From an uncultured Chloroflexia bacterium (GTDB lineage Bacteria; Chloroflexota; Anaerolineae; CG2-30-64-16), in NCBI GenBank assembly GCA_963774265.1, contig CAVZDU010000001.1, positions 128,001-192,000 on the forward strand: 64,000 bases of DNA. The letters run 5' to 3'. The notes below the pieces were generated by a model that saw only the letters and a list, made by a program, of their open reading frames with translations, was not told the origin of the DNA and ran no database searches. This document shows positions 30,391 through 41,800 of the stretch, piece by piece. Within the stretch, counting starts at the first letter, position 1, and each line of letters opens with the position of its first letter. The position numbers and the translations under genes were made by a program.

Positions 30391-30486
30391 GCTGTCCTCC
30401 TGGATGCTTTCTGTGGATCGCACTTCCGGGGACAGCATAGCAGAGGGATATGTCAGAACCGTGGCAGGCAGGGGAACAGGAACCGA

Positions 30487-31971
30487 TCAGCCTGCGGGCA
30501 GCGAGAAGGTGACCGTCGTGCCCTCTTCGCGCCGGCTTTCGAGGCTGATGTGGCCGCCATGGGCCTCGACCAGCGCTTTAGCGATCGCCAGCCCCAGGCC
30601 CGCGCCGCTGGTGCTGCCGCGCTCGCGCTGTCGCGACCGGTCGCCCCGGTAGAAGCGCTCGAACACGCGCGGCAGGTCCTCCGGTGGAATGCCCTGACCG
30701 CAGTCCCGCACCGAGATGGTCGCGCCCTCGGGCATGGATGCAGCACGCACCGTCACCGTCCCGCCCGCGGGCGAGTATTGGAGCGCGTTGTCCAGGAGAT
30801 TGACCAGCACCTGGCGCAGGCGGTCGGGGTCCCCGCGCGCGAACACAGGCGGGCCGTCCACAACGATGGTCACATTGGCGACCTCGGCCTGCAGGGCCAG
30901 CTCGTCAGCGGTGGTGCGGGCGAGCTCGGCCAGGTCCAGCCTCTCGCTGCGGAGGCTCAGCGCCTGGCTGTCCGCGCGCGACAGCAGCAGCAAGTCGTTG
31001 ACCAGGCGGATCAGGCGGTCGGCCTGGCGCTCGATGGACGCGAGAAACCGATCGCGTGCGTCCAGGTCATCGACCGCGCCGTCGCGCAGCGTCTCGGTCA
31101 GCCCCTTGATGGCCGTGAGCGGGGTGCGCAGCTCGTGGCTGACATTGGTGACCAGGTCGGTGCGGGCCTGGAGCGTGCGGCGCAGCTCGTCACGCATGGA
31201 GCGGAAGGAGGCCGCGAGGTGGCCCAGCTCGTCGGGCGGGCCAGCCGGCAGGGGATAGTCAAAGTCGCCCTGCGCCAGGCGATCGGCCGCGGCCGTCAGC
31301 TCAGCCACGGGGCGCGCGATCGCGCGCGCCAGCAGCAGCCCTACCACGCCCGACAGCGCCAGCGCAATCGCAGCCGAGAGCGCGAGCCGGCCGCGCAGAT
31401 CGGCCAGCACCGCGGCGACGTCTCGCATCGGCTGGCTCAGGTACACCGCGCCCGTGACGCCCGCCTCCCCAGCCAACGGCACCGCCACAACCATCTCGCC
31501 GGCCGCGGCGCGTGCCTGCTCACCCCCGGCCAGGGCCGCGGCCACCAGCGGATCGCCTGCCAGGTCGCGGCCGGCCTCCGAGCCGAGGCTGTCGGCCATC
31601 ACCACGCCGTTTGCGCCGACCAGCCGAATACGCGTGTCGAGCTGCGAGCTGAGCTGGAGCGTGGCAGGGTCCAGCCCGTACGCGGCGGTCCCGGTCGCGT
31701 CGCCCTCGCGCGTCTCGCGGTTCAGCGTCTGCTGTTGCACTGCGTTGGACGCGGCGGGCAGCATTGCCTGGCTGATGTTGGAGACGGTCAGGGGTTGCGA
31801 GGCCGCGATGGCGCGCGCAGTCAGCCGGGCCTGGACCAGGAGGCTTTCCTGCATGGCCTGCTCGAAGTAACCCTGCACCAGGGAGAGCATCAGGAAGCCC
31901 AGCAGCCCCATCGCCACCGCGATCACGAGCAGGTGGCTGAGAACGAGACGGGAGGTCAGTCGATTTAGCAC
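30487..31971 (-). CDS. HAMP-domain sensor histidine kinase
   Basis: NVSHELRTPLT, QVLVNLLDNA, D.G.GI, FERFYR, GAGLGLAI. Confidence 0.93.
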   Translation of the reverse strand: MLNRLTSRLVLSHLLVIAVAMGLLGFLMLSLVQGYFEQAMQESLLVQARLTARAIAASQPLTVSNISQAMLPAASNAVQQQTLNRETREGDATGTAAYGLDPATLQLSSQLDTRIRLVGANGVVMADSLGSEAGRDLAGDPLVAAALAGGEQARAAAGEMVVAVPLAGEAGVTGAVYLSQPMRDVAAVLADLRGRLALSAAIALALSGVVGLLLARAIARPVAELTAAADRLAQGDFDYPLPAGPPDELGHLAASFRSMRDELRRTLQARTDLVTNVSHELRTPLTAIKGLTETLRDGAVDDLDARDRFLASIERQADRLIRLVNDLLLLSRADSQALSLRSERLDLAELARTTADELALQAEVANVTIVVDGPPVFARGDPDRLRQVLVNLLDNALQYSPAGGTVTVRAASMPEGATISVRDCGQGIPPEDLPRVFERFYRGDRSRQRERGSTSGAGLGLAIAKALVEAHGGHISLESRREEGTTVTFSLPAG

Positions 31972-32651
31972 GTTTCGCTCAGCTTGTAGCCCAGGTCACG
32001 CGCGGTGAGGATCAACTCGGCCTCGGGCGCGATCTCGCGCAGCCGGGCGCGCAGCCGCTTGACCGCGGAGTCCACGGCCCGGGTATCGCCGTAGTAGTCG
32101 TAGCCCCACACCTGGTTGAGCAGCTCCTCGCGCGAGAAGACCCGGCCGGGCCGCGCCATGAAGGTCCGCAGGAGATCGAACTGGGCAGTGGTCAGTTCAA
32201 ACGGTTGCCCGCGCCACGACGCCTCGCGGCGCTCGAGGTCCAGGGTGAGCTCGCCGGCCCGCAGCGCAGTCTGGGGTTCCACGACTCGCGGGGCCGTGCG
32301 ACGGAGGACGGTTTTGACGCGCGCCATGAGCTCGCGCACGCTGAAGGGCTTAACCACGTAGTCGTCAGCGCCCACTTCGAGCCCGACGACCCGGTCGATC
32401 TCCTCGTCGCGCGCAGTGAGGATGATGATGGGCAGGTCGCCGTCGCGACGCAGCGCGCGACACACGTCCAGCCCGTCGACGCGCGGCAGCATGAGGTCGA
32501 GGATGACCAGGTCGGGGCGTTCCGCGCGCGCCAGGCGCAGGGCCTGCTCGCCATCGCGCGCGACGAGGAGCTCGTGCCCGGCCTTCGCCAGGTTATAGGC
32601 CAGCACGTCCACGATTGCCTGCTCGTCGTCGACCACGAGGATCCTGCTCAC
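31965..32651 (-). CDS. OmpR-family response regulator
   Basis: ILVVDDE, LDLMLP, GADDYVVKPF, winged-helix C-terminus. Confidence 0.95.
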   Translation of the reverse strand: MSRILVVDDEQAIVDVLAYNLAKAGHELLVARDGEQALRLARAERPDLVILDLMLPRVDGLDVCRALRRDGDLPIIILTARDEEIDRVVGLEVGADDYVVKPFSVRELMARVKTVLRRTAPRVVEPQTALRAGELTLDLERREASWRGQPFELTTAQFDLLRTFMARPGRVFSREELLNQVWGYDYYGDTRAVDSAVKRLRARLREIAPEAELILTARDLGYKLSETC

Positions 32652-32761
32652 CTGTCTCCCCCTTGCGGGGCATTATAGCACGGGAATATGGCAGCCATGT
32701 GGCAGGAGAGTGGCGGGGACGGGACGCGGATGACGCAGATTTGAAGTATAATCAGCCCGAA

Positions 32762-34494
32762 ATGCGCACGCTACTGATCAGTCTGAGCGAACATCCCCTG
32801 GCCATGCTCCGCGGCATTGCGGAGTTGCGCGGCGTCGAGCTGGCGTCGAACGGCCGCGACGAGGCCGCCGTGCAGTTGGCCGCGGCACTGGGAGATGAAT
32901 CGGCGACTGCATCGGCGGTGGACACAGCCTCCGCTGAGGCGCAGACCGCCTGGGCCGCATTGCGCAGGGCTGGCGGCCGGATGAAGACCTCTGTGTTCGC
33001 GCGCCAGCACGGCGAGATCCGCCCTGTCGGGCCGGGCCGGCTGGAGCGGGAGGCGATTTGGCGGCAGCCCGAAAACGCGGCCGAGGAGTTATGGTACCGC
33101 GGGTTGATTTTCCGCACGTTCGCCGATTTCGGCGACGGCCCAATGGAGTACATTTATATCCCGGAGGATTTGCCCCTGCCGCCCCATGCAGGGGGGGCGC
33201 TGGCGGGGGCGCCTCACGCACGCGAGGCGCCCCTGAAACCGGCCGCGCAACCGCACCGCGGCCGGCATGCCCTCAACAGCCTGGCCGTCGATGCCTGCAC
33301 GCTTCTGGCCGCGCTGCGCGAGGATCCCCTCGGGCTGGATGAGCGGGGCCGGGCCGATCAGGGCCGGGTGGCACAACTCCGCGCCGCGTTGCTCCTGCCC
33401 GACGCGACCCGTTTCGACCTGCTGCTCACCCTTGCGCAGGGCAACGGCTGGCTCGCCCCGGACCGCGGCCGATGGGTGCTCGACAACCAGCGCGCCGGCG
33501 AATGGCTGCGACTCACGCATTGGGAGCAGATGTCGCTGCTCTACTCGGCCTGGCGCGACGGCACGGCCTGGAACGACCTGCGCCGGACGCCCGGCCTCCT
33601 TGCCGAAGGCGAATGGTACAACGATGCCCCATTGGCACGGCGCCGGCTGTTGCGACTCCTGGGGCGGCTCGACGCGAAAGGCTGGTACGAGCTGTCCGAT
33701 CTGATCGGCCTCATGAAAAAGGCCGACCCGGATTTCCAGCGGCCGGATGGGAACTACACGGGGTGGTATCTGCAGGAAGCTGGCTCAGGCCGGTATCTCT
33801 CGGGCTTCGAGAACTGGGACGCGGTTGAGGGCCGTCTGCTCCGCTTCCTGATCGAGGGGCCGCTATTCTGGCTGGGCGCCGTTGCGCTGGATGAGGGGGC
33901 CGGCGACAGCGGGGCGGCGCGCGAGGCGGGGCGCGAGGCGCAGCTGTTCCGCCTGACGCCCGCAGGCGCCGCGTGGCTGGCCGCGCGCATGCCGCAGGCC
34001 CCGCCTCGCCCCGCGCGCCTGGCCGTCGCCGACGATTTCAGCGTCACCGCGCCCCTGCTGCTGCCGCTGCTGGACCGTTACCGCCTGTCACGTTTCGCCG
34101 ATCCCGTGGGGGCAGCGCTGGGAGCTGCGCCGGGACACGCTCGTCCCTGCACCCACGCAGCACCGCATCACCCGATCCAGCCTGGCCCGCGCCCGCGCCT
34201 CGGGGCTCAAGGGCCAGGATGCATTATCATTCCTGAGAAAGGCTGCGGGCGGCCGGGTCCCGTCCAGGGTCGCGGCTGCCATCCAACGCTATGACCAGCT
34301 TGGCGGCCAGGTGCGCCTGACTCGCGGCGCGGTCCTGCGCGTTGCCGACGCCGGCACCCTGACTTCCCTGCGCTCTGACCCCCTGATCGCGCCGCTGCTC
34401 GGCGATCTGATCTCCGCCCAGGCCGTCCTCGTCCCTGAGCGCCACCTCGACCGCCTTATCGCCATCCTCCGCGACAGCAGCTACACCGTGGATA

Positions 34495-34502
<8 letters not shown>
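32762..34502 (+). CDS. XPB/Ssl2 helicase-associated (Helicase_C_3-like) domain protein (frameshifted near 34130)
   Basis: [15 protein letters not shown]...I.GPL.WLG, then RITRSSL.RA...FL......VP..V...I.R after the frameshift. Confidence 0.7.
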
Positions 34503-35591
<1,089 letters not shown>

Positions 35592-35642
35592 AGTACGATT
35601 ATAACCGCGGTTGGGGGCCGGTTCAATTGGCGAGGTTACGAT

Positions 35643-35738
35643 TCACGCCGGGATCAAAATCGCGACCATCGTGAACGCCACCAGGGTGGCCAGGGTCATC
35701 AGCCCCGCGACCGTCGCCTCGGAGGTGAGATAGATCAT
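35643..35738 (-). CDS. 31-aa hydrophobic small protein
   Basis: MIYLTSEATVAGLMTLATLVAFTMVAILIPA*; GGAG upstream and promoter TTGAAA-16-TAGAAT. Confidence 0.55.
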   Translation of the reverse strand: MIYLTSEATVAGLMTLATLVAFTMVAILIPA

Positions 35739-35860
35739 GGGCTCCGCTTTCTGGTCAGGATTGCGGAGCCCATTCTAGCCCGCCGCGGCGCGATTTCAAT
35801 GAAAGGCGGGGTCGCCGCTCCAGCGCTGGCCGGAGGGCTGCTGCTGGAACAGGCGCGCCT

Positions 35861-38501
35861 TCAGCTGCCGGGCGCGGTCGTCACGATGTTCACCAGGCGA
35901 CCGGGCACGTAGATGATGCGGCTGATCGTTCGGTCGGTTGTCCCGCCGTGCAGGGCGCGCTGCACCGCAGGGCTGGCCAGGGCCAGGCTGCGGACTTCAG
36001 CCTCGCCCGCGCCGGGCGGCAGCGCCAGGCGATCGCGCACGCGGCCATCCACCTGCACGACCAGGGTCACGTCTTCGCCAACGGTTGCGTCTCCGGCGGG
36101 CGAAGCCTCGGCGGGCGAGGTCGCTGCAACCGCCCCCGCAGGCCACGGCTGATCGTGCACGCTGTACGGCCCGCCCAGGCGCTCCCACAGCTCCTCGGCC
36201 ATGTGCGGGGCGAACGGCGCCAGCAGCAGCACGAAATCAGCCACCGTGCGGCGCAGCGCGGGGGTGACGCCCCGGCTGGTGCGATAGCTGCTCATGGCGT
36301 TCAGGCACTGCATCAGCGTCGACACCGCCGTGTTGAACTCCAGCCGCTCGATTTTGCCCGCCACGGCGCCGGACGCCCGGCGCACGACCCGCGCCAGGTG
36401 CTCGTCGGGGATGCCGGCCTGGCCATCGTGACGGCTCGCCGCCTCGATTGCAGCCGCGGGACTGCCCCCGCCCAGCCCTGCCACCTCGTTCGCCAGGCCG
36501 CCAGATCCGCTCCAGGAAGCGCCGCGCGCCGGTGATCCCCTCTTCCTCCCACACCGTGTCGTTCTCGAAGGGGGCCATGAACAACAGGTAAATCCGCAGC
36601 GCGTCCGCGCCGTGCGTCTCGGCCACGCTGTCGGGTGTGACCACGTTGTTCGCCGACTTGGACATGCGCCGCAGCTCGCCGGTCAGCGGATCGCGTGCGT
36701 GCATGGTGCCCTGGCTGCGCAGGACGGGGAACGGCTCGCGGAACGGCACGATCCCGGCGTCGGCCATTACCTTGGTCCAGAACCGGGCATACAACAGGTG
36801 CATCACGGCATGCTCCGCGCCGCCGACGTACAGGTCCGGGCTGCCCCACTCCGCCAGGGCCGCCGGATCGAAGGGGCCGCCGGCAAAGTGCGGGCTGACG
36901 AAGCGCAGGTAGTACCAGCTCGAGCAGGCGAAGCCGTCCATGGTGTCGGTCTCGCGGCGCGCCGGTCCGCGGCATTGCGGGCAGCGCGTCTCGACGAATG
37001 CCGGCAGGCTCGCCAGCGGCGACCGCGGCCCCTCCGCGGCATCCTCGCCTGGTAGCCAGTGCTCGATCGCCGGCAGCAGCACCGGCAGCTCCGCCTCGGG
37101 CACGGGCACCGTGCCGCAGGCAGCGCAGTGGATCATGGGGATGGGCGCGCCCCAGTAACGCTGCCGCGAGATCAGCCAGTCGCGCATCCTGGTCTGCACG
37201 CTGCGCCTCCCGATGCCGCGCTCCACCAGCCAGGCCGTGATGCCCGCAGCCGCTTCGGTGGAGGGCAGCCCGGTCCACGCCCCCGCATCGATCATGACGC
37301 CGGGTCCGGTATACGCGGCCTCAGGCGCGCCGTCGCGCACCCCCGGCTGCTCCACCACCACCTTGACCGGTAGCCCGTGCCGGGTGGCAAACTCGAAATC
37401 GCGTGCATCGTGCGCGGGCACGCCCATGATCGCGCCGCTGCCGTGCGCTGCCAGCACATAATCGGCCACGTACACGGGCACACGCTCGCCGTTCAGCGGG
37501 TTGGTTGCGTATGCGCCGGTGAAGGCGCCGTCGCGCGGCCCGGCGCCGGCTCGGTCGCCCCGAATCCGGTCGATGTCGCTGCGCCGCGCGGCCTGCTCAC
37601 GATACTCTGCCACCGCAGCCCGCTGTCCGGGGGTCGTGATGCGATCCACCGCCGGATGCTCCGGCGCCAGCGCGACGAAGGTCACGCCGGGAATGGTGTC
37701 GGGCCGCGTGGTGTAGACGTCCAGGCGGGTCTCAGCTCCCCCGGCCGCGTCGCCCGCGACCGCCATGCCGAACGCCACGCCCTCGCTCCGCCCGATCCAG
37801 TTGCGCTGCATGGCGACGATATGCTCGGGCCAGTCCAGCGTCGCCAGGTCGTCCAGCAGCTGGTCGGCATAGGCCGTAATGCGGAAGTACCACTGCTTCA
37901 TCTCGCGCTTGTAGACGCCCTCGTGGCCGCGCCAACAGACCCCATTGGCATCGATCTGCTCGTTGGCCAGCACGGTCTTGCAGCCGGGGCACCACCACTG
38001 CCTGCCGGACGCGCGGTAGGCCAGGCCGCGGCGCCACAGCAGCAGGAAGAACCACTGCGTCCAGCGGTAGAACTCGGGGTCGCTCGAGTTGATCTCCCGC
38101 TCCCAGTCATACGAGCAGCCCATCAGCGTCAGCTGGCGTCGGTAGTTGGCCGCGTAGCGCGTCGTGGTCTCGCGCGGGTGGATGCCGCGTTTGATCGCCT
38201 CGTTCTCCGCGGGCAGCCCGAACGCGTCCCACCCCATGGGATGCAGCACGGCGCGCCCCTGCATGCGATAAGCGCGCGCGATCACGTCGCTGGGCACGTA
38301 GTTGCGCCCATGGCCGACACTCAACCCGCTCCCTGACGGATAGGGGAAGAACTCCAGGCAGTAGAACTTGGTCCGGCCTGGGCCGGGCAGCCGCGTCCGG
38401 TACAGCGCGTCGTCCGCCCAGCGCGTCCGCCACTTGCTCTCGACCGCAACGTGGTCGTACGCGGCGCTGGGGCGGGTCTGCGCCCTCGCCTCTCGGTTCA
38501 T
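35861..38501 (-). CDS. leuS: Leucine--tRNA ligase (frameshift near 36490)
   Basis: FPYPSG.GLSVGH, GWDAFGLPAEN, QRNWIGRS, TTRPDT, RDWLISRQRYWG.PIP, RMSKS, VVQVDGRVR. Confidence 0.95.
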
Positions 38502-38559
38502 CGCTTCATCGGTGTCTGCGCGAGCCCCATGTGAATCGCTCCTTTCGTGCGTACCCGGC

Positions 38560-38760
38560 TCAGCCGCCGCTGATCAGGTGGATCGCCTGCATCTCCGTGC
38601 CGTCGGGCACGGGGGTCGTCCCAAAGTCGCGGCGCAGCACGACCTGGCCGTCGATCTTGACGACGATCATCCTGAAGCTGAACTTGAGCGCGTCAAGAAC
38701 GTCCTGCACGGTCATGCCGTCCCGGTGCTCGACTTCGTATTGACCGTTAACGCGAATCAT
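38560..38760 (-). CDS. ThiS/MoaD-family sulfur carrier
   Basis: 66-aa beta-grasp protein MIRVNG...ISGG with C-terminal GG. Confidence 0.85.
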   Translation of the reverse strand: MIRVNGQYEVEHRDGMTVQDVLDALKFSFRMIVVKIDGQVVLRRDFGTTPVPDGTEMQAIHLISGG

Positions 38761-38832
38761 GCCTCGATTATATCTCACCCGCTCGGTTCGCCAACACAAG
38801 GCGGAACCGAGTCCGCTTCTCTGTGGGCTTCT

Positions 38833-41800
38833 CTATTCCGATCGCCAGTACAGATAGGCGTCATTCGCATAGTCGAAGAAGCAATCAGAACCTTCGCAGC
38901 GGACGCGGAATTCGACCTGCTGTCCCGGGCGGACTGGCCAATGCACTGGCCCATTTTCACCCAGGTCGATGACGGACTGCGGCAGGCGCAACGTGATCGC
39001 GCTCTGGCTATAGCCCGAGGCTCCTGTGAAAAGAAGGCGCAGGCCATCGATGGTGATGTCATAACCTGGCTGATCGCCTTGATCGGATGGGTTTACATCT
39101 GCTCGTTGCACCACTTCATCGACTATGCCCTGGCCGATCACCTCCGTGTCTCCCAAAATAGGGGCGCCTGCAAACAAAGCGATCTCCTTGATGGTGGCTG
39201 TTCCGGCCGTGTCTGTAATCTCTAGGGTGTAGTATTGGGTGTCCATAGGGCAGACCTGTCGGGTGCCCACACCTGCGACGCCTTCACCATCCAGATAGAC
39301 GGTCAGAACGTTCACCACCCGCCAATGCAGAGTTGTGCATCCTCCTGCAGGCAGCGTGTACTGCTCAGCCCAGAAGGCCGCGTCGACATCGCCCCCTGGT
39401 GTCACGATGATAGCCAGGCGCCTCGTGATGGTCATGCCCGAGCGGATCACAGTCAAGAAATACTCGGTGGTGGCGGCCGGACACACGAGTCGCGTGCCCT
39501 CTCCTGTCACCGCCTGTCCATCCAGGTAAATCGCCTGGGCATTTGTCACAGACCAGTGAATGCTCGTACACTCGCCGGGCTCCAACTGATAACGATCCGC
39601 CCAGAAAGAGTCAATCGTGGAAGGCTGGGGTGCGAAGACCAGGGGCAGGTAGACACCGGTCAGGGCCGGGATCCCCAGCCAGTTCAACACCCGCTCCATC
39701 ACCGCGATGCGATCGGCCGCGCTGTTGATTGCTTCAAAGCCGAAGGCGAAGTAGACCACCTTGTAGGCGCCGGCGTCGAAGCGTAAGCCCGCGGTGCCTG
39801 AGCCGACATTGCCCGCGGGCGCCGACGCTGCACTCGCCGCGGGCGTGGCCGGCGCATGGGGCTGCGGCTGGCGATTCGCGTCAAGTGGTGCAGCCGGCGC
39901 AGCTTCTGCGGGCCGGATCGGTTCGGCCAGCATGGCGCTTGCGCCCGCCCGATAGGTGAAGACGACCTCGGCCGGCGCGATGGGATCGATCTCGTCCTTC
40001 GAGTACTGGTTGTTGGCGCCGTCGCCGCCCGAGATATTCAACGCCAGCCCGCCCCCGATGGGATCATCGGCCGCGCCGGCCAGGGCGTACAGGCCCGTGT
40101 CCTCCTGCCGGAAGGTCGCATGCAGATAATTCTTAAGGAAGTCCTCGCCGTACCAGTAAGCTTGGAATTGGGCGATGTTCTGGCCGGTGATGAACAGCTT
40201 ACCGCCTGCATCCAGGTACGCCTGCAAATGGAGAACGCTTTCAAACCTGCTGTCCGTGGCGTGACCCGAGTAGGGCACAGCCCAGATCACCCCGCCGGCT
40301 GTGTATTGGTTCAGGATGGCGCTGCCCGGCTCGCCACGGAGCCCCGTGTCCCAGGGGTCGTAGCGGTAGCCCAGGGCCTCCAGGGCCCGGGTATAGTAAG
40401 GCCGAAACCAGGTGGTGTCGGAAGGGGTGTCGTTGCCGCCGGCATCCGCCACAAAGAGGATGGCGGCCGTCTTGACAAACTTGGGCAACACCCTAAAGGA
40501 GTTCTGACCCGGACAGCGGTAGCTGTTGCCTTCATCATCCGTGGCGCGGGCGCGATAGGTGACCTGGCTGCCCACCGGCAGCGGCCCGTGTTGAATGCCC
40601 CACATCCCATCGCCGGCCGCCCCGTCGTCGTGCATACCATCGTCGAACATCCGCAGATCCGCCTGCGCGACGCCGTCCAGCGTCCACATGAGGTGAACAC
40701 TGGCCACCCCCGTCTCATCCTTCGCATAGGCGCGGAAGGTGATGGTGTCATCATCCTCCGGGTTTGGCCAGGGCCGATGTTCAATCACCAACACATAAGG
40801 GGGTGGATTGAGGTCTTTACGCTCATCGGGGCTGCCAAACCAGATGTCCGGGTTGTCGCTGCGGTCCGACTGCCAGGCGATGCCAACGCGCCCTGACGCC
40901 AACTCGACTGCCGCAGGCGCACCGTCATCCCCTACGAAGCGCGTGAATTGCGCCTCATCTGACCAGGTCTCTCCCTGATCCACGCTGGTGCGATACCAGA
41001 TGTCCCCACCCCATTCATACACAAGCCAAAGGACCCCGTCGACCGCTGCCAGGCCGGGCCTGTCGCGCCCCACGTCAGTAATGGGCGTCGGGTCCGACCA
41101 GGTGTCGCCGCCATCTGTGCTGCTGCTCTGGTGCAGCCAGTTGTAGCGATTCCAGACCACCACCAGCCGGCCGGCTGCCGCTTGCGTTATGGCAGGCGCG
41201 GTGTCGCGAGCGTCACGGGTGAGTTGAATATCGCTCGACCAGGTGCTGCCGCCGTCCGCGCTGGTCTTGTACCAGATAGAGGAGTAGTAATAAAAGGGGC
41301 GATCGGACTGCCACACCACCCACAACGTGCCGCCGGCCGCCTGAAAAACAACGGGGTCGGAGTCGCTGGTGGGGTCCCCGGCGGGATCGCTGGTGAGCTG
41401 TCGTTCCGCCGACCACGTGACGCCATGGTCGAGACTGGTCCGGAGCCAGATGTCGCCGTCGCGGTCATACGCGAGCCACAAAGTTCCATCCACCACGCGC
41501 GCCAGGCTAGGATTGTAGCGGCAGCAACCGTCGATCCGTATCTCAGCCGCCCACGTCGCACCGCCATCCGTGCTGGCGCGCGACCACAGGCTGGCATTCC
41601 GCACGAACACGGTCAGCAGCCTGCCGTCGGCCGTCTCCACCAGAGCAGGCGAAGTGTCATCCCCCTGGTCCGTCGTCACCTGCACCACGCCAGCGGCGAT
41701 GGAGAAAGGCCGGGCCGCGGTCCAGTCGCCCCAGGCGCCGTCGAGTAAGGCACGCACGCGCCAGTAACGCGTGCCGATGGTCGCCAGGCGGTAGGTGAAG

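Noticed and set aside
27649-31968. Long antisense ORFs (e.g. 27649-29094, 30262-31968)
   Set aside because: Shadow frames of rimO and the histidine kinase caused by high-GC codon bias.
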